Below the pieces are notes generated by a model that did no database searches, was not told the DNA's origin, and saw only the letters and a program-made list of their open reading frames with translations. The translations under genes and the position numbers were made by a program. 64,000 bases of DNA from Lama glama (Eukaryota), in NCBI GenBank assembly GCA_028534125.1, contig CM052817.1, positions 40,922,001-40,986,000 of the forward strand, in the 5' to 3' direction. This document shows positions 51,421-63,620 of this stretch, in pieces; position 1 is the first letter of the stretch; each line of letters opens with the position of its first letter.

Positions 51421-54400
51421 AGCCCTGCCCTGGGACAGTGGGAATGGAAAAATGCAGCAAAGAAAACCCAAACCAAACAATATGAGCTGAAAGGAGAGTG
51501 TGTGGAATCCAGAAGCAAACATTGCAAATTAGTACGCACAGCTCTTTCTCTGCTGGGGAGTGAGAGGAGGAGGAAAGGAGGAGAGGGAGGGGGGAGGGAG
51601 GGGGGAGGGAGGCTGCCCTCCTCCACTCCCTTCAACGTGATTCAACTGCATCAGTGTATCAGCACCTGCTCAGTCACCACCTTACTTAAAATTGCAACCT
51701 GCTCAGTCTCCACTTCGTCAATTTTTTAACTTCACAGTCTAAGATACGATGTAATTCATCTTCCCTGTATTGTTTATTACCTTCTCCTGATTTTTTGAAT
51801 CTGCTTTATTCATGGATGTGAACTGAGAGGTGAACATAGTAGCTCCTTAAACATTTGTGTGAAACGAGTTACTAGTACTGCTGTTACCACCACCACTACC
51901 TTCAGTCATAGCAAGTGTGACCACAGAGATGTCGAGCTGGAAGTGGTCAGAGACCACCTCTAGTACGGCTCCTCCTTCTGTAAAGACAGAGACTACTGAG
52001 TCATGTCCTGGTCCGGGGCTGGAGGATGGGCTTCTCAAAGCCTTGCCTGCCCCATGAAATGAGTGGGATAACTCTCCAATTTCAAGTGGCTAGCACTTTA
52101 AATTTTGTCTTGGGAGATCATGCCCTCTGTCCTGCTCTGGGGTTGAGCCTAAATTTGATGATCTTTAAAACCACAGACCATGAAGGCTGGCAAAACTGCT
52201 TAGATATGTTGGGGGGAAAAATGGTGCTGCTGGTGTGGAGTTGCAAGATAAGCAGAGAACCCAGTAAATGACTCAGTGGGAGTTTCCCCCAAGGGAAGGA
52301 TAAAGAAAAGAGTGTACTGTTTCCTTGGCAATGGAAACTGGCACTTAACATGATTATTGCAACTCAGGGTCCTTGGCTTTTCCCACTGGGGAGATCAAAC
52401 ATGGTAAAAGCAGAGCTGCTCTTCCAGAGCTGAACCTTCATGAGCTCCAGTCTCCAACTGAGATGTCAAAATGGCCAATATCCCTGGCAAGAAGAGCACT
52501 TTAATTAATTAGAGTCCTGTGCTGGCAGCTTGCCACAAAAGCACCTGAACACGGTTGCCTGTGAAAAGAGGTGCTGAGGGCCACTGCCAGTGACTTGCTG
52601 GTTCCCCAGAAGCTGCCACAGGCATCCACCTGTCTCCATGGGAAAGAGAGGTGCCGTGTGTTCCTAATGAGGGATCTGTTTCCATTTGCTGTCCTTTAGA
52701 GAGAGGTTCCTGGCAAAGTCTTTCTTCTCATGTAGTTCTGGAGGTGAGAAAAAGATGAAAAGGAAACTGCAGCTTTCCATTTCTGCTCGGGGAGCCACAA
52801 ATGTTGGCATCAGGAGCAAGCAGAAGGTATCCAAGGAAAGGTTGCACTTCTGGCTGAATCAGACCTGTCAGCTTGCATTAACTCTGGAAATCCCAAGGTT
52901 ACTTAAGGTCTCTTTAGTGTCATCAAGGTGATGTGGTGTTCTGAGGCATGTCCCTCTGTTATCTCTTAAGGGGCTTGGGGATTTAGGTGTCAAAAGCAGT
53001 GTTGCCAGGTGTCTCAGGGGAGGCACCCTGCAAGTTTGCAAATGTTTCTCACGCTCTTGTTGTGCTTCCTTGCGGCATCTTCTGCTCCTGGTGCTACAAG
53101 GGATGCCCTTCGGAAGATATATCTCTGTTTACTTAAGAAGACAGAGATGTGCTGGAGGACAGAACTGTGCTCATTTCCCCCTGCGGAGATGTGCTGAGGT
53201 CGAAGTCATATGACTGGAACGAGGATCACTGACTGACTGTGCAGCTTTGGGTCCTGATCTGCACAGGGCGTCTGACTTCCTTCCTCTTGTTTTATTCCTG
53301 GGCCATTCTTAATCTTGGTGAGGGAAGTGCTTTCTATGACCATTTCTTCAATTTTCATCTTAGGTCTATAAAGTATTTCTAAAAATCTTTTAAGCCTCTA
53401 AAGAACACAATAATGTACTTTCACACATTAAATGGAGTTGTTACGGATTAACTGGTCACACAGGCTATGTAATATATGGAATATTTATAGCATTGTGTGA
53501 TGTAATTTCCAGTTTCTATGTAACTACTAATGCCTCTGGAACCAAACTGCCCTAATGAAATGCTACCTTAGCACCATTTGCTCTGTGATGCTCACTGTTA
53601 CCTAAACCTCCCTGTGCCTCCTTTTCTTCTCCTCCTCCTTCGCCCACCTCTTCCTCTGTCTCCTCCCCTCCTCCTCCTTCTTTTTTGGAGAAATGATTTG
53701 TTCTGTAATAATTTAGGAAGATCTGTCTCATTTTTATTGAGCAAAAGTCAATAACAAACTTCCATATTGTGCTTAAGAACAGCTCAAAAAGCATCTTATA
53801 CAACCTGTCACTATAAGTCAGACTGAAATCTAGAGTTTATGTGTGCTTTGTTTTCAAATTTGAAAAAAAATGCAAAATTAAAATATTGTGTTACTGAGTG
53901 CCTCAGTGAGCAAAATTGTTTTGGTCCAAAGGAGAAAATAAAACTTGACAATATGTGGATTTAGTGTGTGTTTTCCTTCCAATCTCTTCTTAAAATCAAC
54001 ATTTTAAGCTACCTTAGTATTACTAACAATTTAGATTTGGAAGTGACCAATGAAGGATACAGTTACTAAAGCCTTGAAAGGAACTGAAACTCTTAGACAG
54101 ACTGAAGAGGTCAAGGTTAGGAATGAAGTGAAAGGAGAAATTGGGGAACACTGCTATTTAGGGGTCAAACAAAACAACAGATGGAAAGGGAAACCAAGCT
54201 ATGGAGCCTGCAGAGAGAGCTAGAGAGTTTGAAGATGGAGAGAAAAAAAAAAGGAATCAGCTGATGCAGGAATGTCTTAGAGATGGAGAGAAATGGGGAT
54301 TGGTCATGGGAGCCAGCGGTAAGTGCAGAAATTCACCTTGACTGGAAGGAGAAACAGCTCACCTGCAAAGAGAACATTTCAGTAGGAATGGATTTGGGTG

Positions 54401-55039
54401 TGGATTCCTTCATTTTTAAAGTGGAGATAACAATAGTACCCTGCTCGTGGAGTGACCGTCCAGTGGTAACATCAAGTCCAAAGTCCAGGATCTCGTGAGA
54501 ATCTCTACGTCGTATCTGGATCTAACGTCTCTTGATCTAGAGACACATCTGCCCACCCACTCTGGGGCAAATCATCTACGCCCCACACACGCCGCAGGCA
54601 GTGATGGAACAGAAACCAGATGGCCACATGAATCCCTCCCATCAGAAAGGGGAAACTCAGACCCATGCAGCAGCTGCTGGTGGTACCGTCCTGACATCCG
54701 TGCAGGCACTGTCTCTCGGGTAACTCTCACTTCTGTTTCTCGGAGATAATTTCCCAGGCCTCTGGCTCTCCCTTCTAGAGGGTTTTCTTTTTACTGTTGT
54801 CCTCCTTGGCCACACGTGAGAATGGCCTTAGAGAATATGTCCTCCTTGGGAGAAAGGAGGACTTCCTTAGTCTTCTGCCTGCTTGTTCATCAGCCACAGT
54901 TCCTTTTGGTCCCAGGCTCCATAACTCACTGGAAAACTCAGCTGGCTTTTTCTTATTTGATTCCCAGTCAGTTCCCTGTGCTCATCGGCATGCCCATGAT
55001 TCTTTTATGTATTTTAATTTACATCCCCTGCCTTGTATC

Positions 55040-55665
55040 TTTTTACTGAAGTATAACCTATAGAAAATGCACATCTTTTTTTTCCCCATTCCCTTCAAGA
55101 AAATGCACATCTCGTTTAAGTATCGCAGCACAATCACTTTGTATATTGCTTTGTGCCCACCCCGCATTTGGAGCTGTAGAATTTTCAGCACCCAGAATTT
55201 GCGTGTCCCCTGATAAAGTAACCACTCTGCAGACCTCTGTCTCTGACTGTAGATTAGCTTATAGAAAGTTTTTGAACTTTCTATAAATGGAATCACAGAA
55301 TATTTACTCTTTTGTTTCTGGCTTCTTTGGTCCAGCATTCTGTCTGGGAGAGTCATCTGTGGTCTCGCACGTAGCAGGAGTTCTTTTCTTTCCAATACTG
55401 TTTAGTATTCCATGGCAAGAACACACCACAATGTATTAATCTGTTCAACTGTTGGTACACTTTTGGTTGCTTCAAGTTTTAGGCTGTTGTAACTGACACT
55501 ACTGTGATGATTCTGGTACCTGTTTTTTTTTTTTTTTTTTTTTTTTGCTTTTTTTTTTTTTTGGTGGCCACAAGCACTCTTTCCCCTGGGCCTGCACACA
55601 GGAGTGGCATTTCTGGGTCATAAGGCGTAGGGCTTTCCTAATGTTTTCTGCGGTGGTGTATCACC
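55040..55665 (-). mobile_element. Old L1 3' end (L1MB/L1ME-like) containing a poly-T tract (55523-55562)
   Basis: ttttgaactttctataaatggaatcacagaat..ttttgtttctggcttcttt..ggagtggcatttctgggtcataagg. Confidence 0.8.
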
Positions 55666-58600
55666 CCTTTTCATAATCGGTAAGGGATGAATTACGCTAA
55701 CCTAATGCTCTGTGAGGCTGCAAACTCTTTACCACTCGTAGTAAATTTTGCCCCATTCTCCGATGTTGCTCATGGATCCTGGGTGAGGAATCTTTCTGAC
55801 CAGAGCCCCTTGTTGGCATGGGCTACTTCAGATCTTTGTATGTTCCCCTCCATTCAGGGAATGGGAAGTGGGGTCTGCTCAGAGTTCCAGGAGGTATGTT
55901 GGCTCTCTGGTCCTCTTTTTAGGGGTCTTAAGTTGCACCTCCTCAAGGACCATCCTGTACCTCTTGGGCTGGTGTCTTCCCTCAACCCTCGAGGGACTGC
56001 CAGCTCTCCGTGCGCACCCCAGGCATTATCAGTGAGAGCCTGGGAATCACTCTCCCAAGTGAACAGTGATCCTAGAACTTCCGTAAGAATGCTGTTCACA
56101 GACCAGCTACCCCTTTGTTCAGAGACTCCTTGTGGGGGGGCAAGGACACTGCCTTCTCTCATCCTTGGGGCTTGTTTCCTGATGGCCTTTGAGGGAACTA
56201 GCAGCCCTGACCTTGTGTCCAGGTTGTGTGTGACTAGAACCTCATCTCATCCTTCTTACCTTTTGAGTATTTCCTCCCCCAAGGACATGCTGACTCTGGT
56301 GACTGTCAGAGCCCGCCATCCACCCTCCAGTTTATTCTCATTAGTACTGAATTAATTGAATTTAGGTCCAAGGTCAAAGATTCTGAGGAATCATGGCCTC
56401 CTGGCCTGTGCCCAGCGTGCGGGAGTCCTGGGGCTGGAACTGGACGAGGGAGGAGAAGACTGCTGGTCCACCCAGTGGTGTCTACTGGAGTTTAGTCAAC
56501 CTGGGGCTTTTACAAAATGCAGCTTCACTTTTGCATGATACGATTGGGTTGATCAGACTGGAAGGCAGAAGAGTGGGCAGATGTGTCTGATAAGGTGCTA
56601 GAGAATGACCTTTAATTCCCAGAGGCAGCCTGGTTGAGATGAAGGTCAGAACCCAGAATCTTCATGCTGTTAAGCTGGACTACATTATTCCTCTTCCTCA
56701 CTATCCTTCTATTTCTGTTGATTTCTTCCTATGAGATTTTAAAACAAGCAACTCTAGGATTTCTTGATCTCTCCAGTGTCTTCTACCCAAAAGTCCCAGG
56801 TTTCACCGGACTGTGAAGACAAACATCCACACTGAAGACTCTACTTTGCCAGCTCCTGGCACCCACTAGTTGACATAAGAAACTCAATTCTCAGCCAAGT
56901 TTCTCTCACCGTGTGTTTCTGAAAGTTCCCGAGTGTTTCTCACACAGACTTCTCAGGTTTCTTTATGGAAGTCGGCTGACTAGAGCCACCTGAGGGAAGC
57001 TTGTCACCGCCTGACTGTGAGCTCTGCAGGACAGCCCTGCCCCCGATGTCAGTCTGGCGGGCGGGTGGGCACCACGCCCTGTGGCTCTCTCCGCCCTGTG
57101 ACCCGCAGGGCGTCGCTGTGCTGTAGTGAGGAAGTGGGAGGCCCCTCTGCCGAGCCCTGGGAAGAGTTTGGGCCCTTGGCCTCAAGGCAGCCCTGCTTGT
57201 TTCAAGAGTTTCATGGTCTTTCTTGACACAATGCCTCCAGTTTCTGGTCTTAGCCACCCTACCCAGTGGGCTGAAGACTGATAATTCCCTTCCATTATGC
57301 TCATCTGCCCCTCCGTGCCTATGTCTTCTCTTTCTCCTGAACACTCTTGCTCCAAAATTTCTTCCCTCTCTCTCACCTAGAAACAGCTCCCAGATACCCT
57401 AGTCTGTAAACGGATGTGCTCAGATGGTCGCCAGCCCAGTTCCATAAGCAGGGAACCTTAGAATTCTAATCAAGATGGCTAGGATGCTCTGATAATTGGC
57501 CTCACCAAGCTGGTGAGTAGCCCAAAGTCTGAGCTCCTAAGACTTCTAGTTCTAGAAATGCGTGAGTTAATTAAGCAAAGTGTAGGTCTTTTGTTCCTCT
57601 AGACACCAGTCCATTGCTGGAGGAAATCCATGTTTATGTTTCTAACGCTCTTTATCTCTGTAATGTGCATTACAACAATGTCTGGGTTTAACGGGTTGAA
57701 AGAGCCAGAGAATCTACCGATTCTTATCTTGACCTGCATTCATGAGGAAAGGAAGCCAGATCACTCACTGAACACCCCCTTCAACATCCTTAGAACCAAG
57801 CCTGCTGTCTCAGCATTTTGAAAGTTGCCTTTTGTCTGCAAACTCTTTCTAATGGAATCAGCGAGTAAGGTCACGACCTGGTCAGGAAAACCTGTCAGTT
57901 TGGCTTCAACTTAATGTCATTTTATTGCCATTTCTAACTGTAAAGTTGGGGGGGGGAGATTTTAGAAGAAAGCATACACATAACTCCAGGAATAAAGGAA
58001 AACTGAAGTTTGATGGCTTCTGTGAAAATTAGCCATGTAGAAGCTCTGGGAAAATAATATCGACTGATTCAGCGGAGCTCCTGTTGGAGTTCGCACGATG
58101 CAGTGGAAAGACCTAGATCTTAGACCTGTTGCATCACGGGTTTGTGTGTTTTGGGCACAGGGTCTTAAGTTTGACATCTGTTTCCTCATTCAACAAATGA
58201 TTATAATAGCATTTAGGCTCAATATACCAAGTGATGGTGGGGATTAACTGTGTACTTGCTGGAATGGCTTGAACACGGCTCCCTTGCATGAAGGTGGAGA
58301 AGAGGTGGAAACGGGGGGCGGGGGGTGTGGGCAGGAGACAGGTTTTCCTTCCTTAAGGTCCGTGGACGGACAGAAGGGGAAGGTTTAAACAACTGTTGCA
58401 GTTTCTGTGAAGGAAAGAATAAAGCAGGAAGATCCCATTAGGGGAGGTTGGCTGGGGTGTTTCATGCCTCACTAATGAGAGAAGCTAGGGCAGTGCCCTT
58501 CTTCACGAAGCAAACTGTAGTGAACCCTACATATTGCTGGCATCTCAGAAGCAGGAGCCACAGTGTGGTCATTTCTGTCATCCCAGCACATCCAGACCAA

Positions 58601-59410
58601 GTGCTGGAACACAGCCAGTTTTCAATAGATGCATATTGAATGATGCATAAATGGGTGAATAGATTTAGGGTACAGCTCAGCCACACGAGGGTACAAAGCA
58701 ATCTTGAGATGAAGGCTTGTTGCATAAATGAATAAGTGAATGCTCAACTCATTTCTGATGGCGGGGCAATGAGGTTAATTTGAAGACTGTAAAGTATACA
58801 AATAGGTGGGTACAAAACAGGCCAAGTGCATAACATCAGTGAAACAGCAGGGAGAGCGTTTTTAACCCCTGCTGCTGTTAGGGGTGGTTGGGAATTTGTT
58901 CATGTAGAAGAAATGATGGTATAAACATATTTTGGGGACATTCAAGTAATAAAGGAATCTCTTTTGTACTTTCAGTATGCAGATTTGCCTTCAAAAACTA
59001 GGGCTATTTGTAAGACCCCCGTCACCACAGTGATGTGCCAAAACAGAGCAGCAGCCTCTGTAAAATTGGATGGATCTGTAGATGGGCTCAGAGCTGTGTT
59101 CAAGTGTTGAAAATCTGAGCTTGAGGCATTTGCCAAAAATGTAGACTTTACAAAACTGTAAACTCACCAGGGCTTTCTTTGGCCATTGTTGAAGCTTTGT
59201 TTACATTTGTTCCACGAATAAGTCAAGGGAAGTGGGATCAGAACTTCTAGAATCTTCTCTTCTGTTTAGCTCACTAAAACGTTAACTCCTAAAGAGATTG
59301 GGCAAATAGTGGATTGAGTAGATGGAAGACTGTGATAGTTAAACAGCTCCATTCATGCATCTGTTCAGGACTTGGCAGGGGAGAATGAGGTTATCTGCAG
59401 GCTTGCATTT

Positions 59411-59488
59411 AATTTTTTAATTTTTAATTGGAGCATAGTTGATTTACAGTGTTTTGTTAGTTTTTGGTATATAGCACAGTGAGTCAGT

Positions 59489-59526
<38 letters not shown>

Positions 59527-59542
59527 CATTCTTTTTCATTGT
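59411..59542 (-). mobile_element. Very short L1 3' end containing a (TG)n microsatellite (about 59493-59523)
   Basis: aattggagcatagttgatttacagtg..gagtcagttata. TSD aggc(t/c)tgcattt at 59399-59410 and 59543-59554. Confidence 0.88.
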
Positions 59543-60896
59543 AGGCCTGCATTTTTCATTTAAGAACAAAGAACAATTTTAGCTGGTATAGGGAACAGCC
59601 AAAGATAAGCAGGCTATAAGTATGAATCAGGAAATTATTTGAATAAGGATATGCATCATTAGATGTTTTTTAGTAGTGAAGAATGAGGATAGCTGAATTT
59701 CTTGGGTCACCTCTGGGGGAGGACATTTTTTATGCAAATTGACAAGGCAAGTACCCAAAGCCTAGCCTGCTCTGGAGGCTTAGAATGAAAGAGAAGGAGG
59801 AGCACTGATGCTGTTGATGCCAAGTCCCTTGAATTAGCTGAGTCCTCTTACAACTCTGAGTCCTTGGATACGCTGTTCCTTCTACTTTCCCTCCCACGCT
59901 GCCAGGAAAGCTGCTCATTAGGACCCCCTTACCAGTTACCTCTGTGTCAGAGCCTCGCGTGACACTCCAGGCTACTCTCTGTTCTCTGTTCCCGAGCACA
60001 TTGGGTATTTGTTTTGTTTTGACAACACTCATTCATATACATGCACTGAGCACCTACGTGGTGTCAAGCACTGTGATGAACAAGTGTCTGTAAGGGGCTC
60101 ACAGTCCAGTAAAGGAAACAACATTTGCAGTCGGATGATTAGGAGCTGGGTACGGAAGACGTGCTGTGGAAGGTGGCTTGGTGGGTAGTAGGGGTTATCA
60201 TCAAGCATTTCAGGTGGAAAGGACAACTTAGGTAAAGGTGGGGAGGCTGGATGTGCTGGTGGGTGCATTTTTAACATTGCTACTAGTTCCATTTGGAACT
60301 GTCAACCTCATCTTCTGTTCTTTAAATGAAACTGATGTGCCTATAATATAAATCACACGTGGTAAATGGCATTAAAGAAAACCCTATGGAACCCCAGCTA
60401 ATCCCATTCCAATCACATCCATGTTGGAGCCAGACCTGTTTGCTTTACTATTCACTCTTGCCTCCTGGATTCTGAATTCCTGACTCTGTATCTCCACTGA
60501 GATAGAGACCCACCTCTGGGGCCCCCCTCAGGTGGTCCACACTTCTCGACCCTCCTTCCCGACATCGCTGCCGGTTTCACTTTCTCATCCGGTTCTGGTC
60601 TCTTCCTGGGGAGCTTGCTCGCTTTTAGGACCAAACACCGTGGGTAGCCACCTCTGCCTGGCTCCTCAGCTGGTACTGAAAACCTCCCGGGAGTTTGACT
60701 TTCCATCACCCACCCGGCTGGAGCTGCTACCGCCGCTTTTTACTGCCTGTGCCTGGGAAACATGGGCCGGGGTGAGAAGAGCATGGACCTGGGCACAGAG
60801 GCAGCAGATGGCCATGCTGACGGGCACAGAAGCTGAGGAGAGAAACTCGAGGGGCAGAGTGGTGTGTGCCCCCACTCCTGAGGTCAGGAGCTAAGG

Positions 60897-61087
60897 CAGA
60901 GGTTACATGTCCTCACGACACCTCAGCAACTCCTGAGCACAGAGACTGAACAAAATTCGAGGAGATTCCTGAGCTCTCCTTCCTTCCCTGAGATCTGATT
61001 CTGTTATTCTGGCAGGATGCCTGGACACTGACAAATTTAAAAGCTCTCTGGAGGCTTCTACTTTGCAGCCTGAGTTGAGAACCACTG
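60897..61087. mobile_element. MER5-like hAT-Charlie element
   Basis: cagaggtt..gagatctgattctg..tttaaaagctctctggagg..gttgagaaccactg. 8-bp TSD agctaagg / agctaaag. Confidence 0.8.
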
Positions 61088-61095
61088 AGCTAAAG

Positions 61096-61470
61096 GACTG
61101 AGTGGGTTCCCATGTCTAAGTCCGTCTTCTGATGAACTGGCTCTGGTTAAGTGGACCTAGCTTGCTACCCACCCTGCTCCTTTTTGTTCCGTGGACACGT
61201 GGACACCGCTCCTGGATCCCCACAGTGGGGGGAGTGGAGAGCTGCAGCACTGCCCTCACTGACCTTTGTGTGACAGCACCCCTGAAGGGGCCTCAGTGCT
61301 GTCACTGTCTGGGGCTCTTAGATCTGCCCCTTAGAGCTCAAGTCCTGAGCTGTCTGAGTCCACCCTCGTCTGGGTTTCAGAGAGCGGTAAGAAGTCACCT
61401 ACCTAGAGACTTGGAAGTTCCTGACTGGATGCTGCCGTTCTCTCTGCACAGTGCCTTACCATCCTTCCCC
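61096..61470 (+). pseudogene. Gypsy reverse transcriptase N-terminal remnant (within track ORF 61132..61575)
   Basis: GPS..LLLFVP..RG (cf. RPSxSPxxAPxFFVxKKDG), LKGPQ..LLDL (cf. LxGAxxFTKLDL), MLPFSLHSALPSF (cf. VMPFGLxNAPAxF). Homology ends at the MER5 insertion at about 61471. No YxDD motif found. Confidence 0.6.
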
Positions 61471-61657
61471 ACAGTGCTTCTCAACAGAGACGTGTGTCAG
61501 AGTCTCCCGGGGAATTTGTCTAAATACACATACCCATCCCCACCAGCCCAGCCAACCAGAATGTTGGGTCTGTGAGTAGATAGGATCTGTGCATACATGG
61601 TTAGGGAAAGCTTCCCACGTGACTCTAATAATCCAGACTCTGATTGAAATCTTCTGC
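61471..61657. mobile_element. MER5B-like hAT-Charlie element inserted in the Gypsy RT
   Basis: cagtgcttctcaac..tcagagtctcccggggaatttg..aagcttcccacgtgactctaat..ttgaaatcttctg. Confidence 0.65.
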
Positions 61658-61762
61658 TAAAGGTGAATTTGTTGGAACTGACACAGTTTGGACATTACCT
61701 GAAAGAGACCAATATGTGTTTTAACTCCTGACCTGAAAAGTATATCCATTTAGGATGGGAAC

Positions 61763-62148
61763 TGCTAGGCTGGCTGCCCGCCCACCAAACCTGTTCATCC
61801 CTTCTTCCATAATAATAAGGGCCCATGGCTATTTAGACAGGAGTGAAATTTCCCAGCCTCTCTTGCAGTAGTTGTGGTCCATGAGACTTCTCACTAATGG
61901 AAATTAAGTAGAAGTGATGTTTGCTGCTTCTGGGCTTGGGCTCTTAATACAGTGAGCAGCCTTCTCTATAGTCTCTCTCTATTTTTCCTGCTGGCTGATC
62001 TGAGCAGCATTGGAAGCCATATGTGGAAGGTGGCAGAGCTGTTGTCAGCCTGGAGCCCTGAGAGATGGCATGAAGCAGAGGGGCAGCCAACCTGAAACAC
62101 TCTTCTCAGACTATTACCCTAGAGAAAAATGAGCTTCTGTTCCTAAAG
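61763..62148 (+). mobile_element. MaLR LTR (MLT1I/J-like) inserted between the Gypsy RT and RNase H
   Basis: atttcccagcctctcttgcagt..aatggaaattaagtagaagtgatgt..ggaagccatatgtggaaggtggcagagc..gagaaaaatgagcttct. Confidence 0.85.
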
Positions 62149-62159
62149 GATGCACAGTT

Positions 62160-62430
62160 TCTGCCTGAGCTTGACTGTTCCCATTGAAATGCATGCCTCT
62201 GACAATGCAATGGCTATGGTTTTGTCCCCAAAGAAATGTTAGTTTCAAGTTAAGTTCCCCATTGTTTGGAAGCACTGCTTAGGAGAGGACCATCTGCTGT
62301 GACTATCCAGGGACCCCAACAGGGCCTTGACTAAAGCTGGATCAGAAGGACCTCCGTCTTCTAGTATTGAGCTTTATATCCACTATACATCTGGCACCTG
62401 AATGGTCAACCACTTTTTCTCATGAGCTGG
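62160..62430 (+). pseudogene. Gypsy RNase H remnant
   Basis: EMHASDNAMAMVLS, KEML, WKHCLG and IHYTSGT...FS* in canonical order. First catalytic Asp reads His. Internal deletion between VLS and KEML. Confidence 0.8.
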
Positions 62431-62659
62431 AATATCAGGGAGTGACAGAAGCTTCACGCTCTGAAAGATGGACCAAAGATCAAGGATACATCTAATGTTC
62501 TTAATATCTTAAATGCATTAAGCAGCTGTCAGATATGCCATTTAGCGGAATTTTCAAGGAAATCTGGTAGAGGCACTCAGCAGACGCTGCATACTTACTG
62601 AAATTCAGACAGACCTAGGATGGCTTCCAAAAGGTATTAAATACAGAGATGGTAGGGCC

Positions 62660-63620
62660 TTGTCTGATGGATTATTTGTCTACTAGTTATTTGTGTAGGG
62701 AGGCAACCCAGATACTGTGACTCTGCTGTATTGTCATATTACCAAACTAGCTGGCCTTTAAAAGTGATCCAAGATCCTGAGCATGGCTGTAGGGACTTTG
62801 GGAGCCCTAGCCAGCAAAGCCCGTAATGTACAGCAACCACTGGGATACCCGTGCTTGGGCCAGACTCACCTAGAATTCACAAAGGCTGATAGACCACTGT
62901 TAAAATGGATTTCGTCACGGACCTGCTCCCCTTCTGTGGCCACAATGAGGGTTGATACCCTCACCAAGATGGCAGATCACAGAACACGTAACAGTTAGCT
63001 GTACTCTGTTCATTAGAGGAATTCCTGCCTCCACCATTAGTGTAAAACCTAACCTCTGATTCCAGGTATCAGTTATATCCTAAGTCTAGGAGGCATAGTT
63101 CAAAATTCTGCTTTTCCAGAACCATCCATGCTCAGCTGCTCATCCTCACACTAATGGTCTAGGGGAATATACTGTGGCCTCTTCTACACAGAATCTGACA
63201 TGCCATGTACCTTGATACTGCAAAGTCTACATATAATGGTTTACATCTCTTCGTACAGAAAGCCCTACAGTTTCTCTTCTCTCTCTCTTTCTTTTTTGCT
63301 GTACCTCCAAATACTACCACACCCCAACATCTGGCAGGTACCTGGAAAAACTACCAGTTACCTAAGAAGATCTGGAACACCATTTTCTACATCAAGAAGC
63401 CATTCAGTGCTGATTCTTACAGTCTATGAGCATCAGGACAATAGTCTGAATGGAAGAAACCTATTTTCTAGAGGACCACTCTTTGGAACTATTTAAGATA
63501 AAGAAAAATAACGGCACTGCATTTCCTACTATCCCATGCCTGTGGACACACCCTGGCTTCCACTGGTCTCCGTTACATCTGTCCTCAGAAACTCTGTTCC
63601 CACCCCCAATTCTCAGTCTG
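62660..63620 (+). pseudogene. Gypsy integrase remnant (zinc-finger start, DDE core, GPY/F module)
   Basis: DGLFVY*LFV, CHITKLAG, ADRP, MDFVTDLLP, VDTLTKMA, GIPASTIS, HPHTNGLGE, AKSTYN, HPGFHWSPL and PPPIL in canonical order across at least four frameshifts. Confidence 0.9.

Noticed and set aside
55687..56355. Longest real ORF (222 aa)
   Set aside because: No recognisable domain or gag motif, and no convincing splice context; composition looks like random non-coding translation.
58976..59110. Acceptor-like ttttgtactttcag followed by a 44-codon open frame
   Set aside because: No recognisable protein similarity; such signals are common by chance.
59700..59820. Possible gag-end traces (MQIDKA, RLRMKEKEEH, GGGHF) upstream of the Gypsy pol
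   Set aside because: Short, mutually inconsistent readings, with no CCHC knuckle or capsid motif found; indistinguishable from chance without an alignment.
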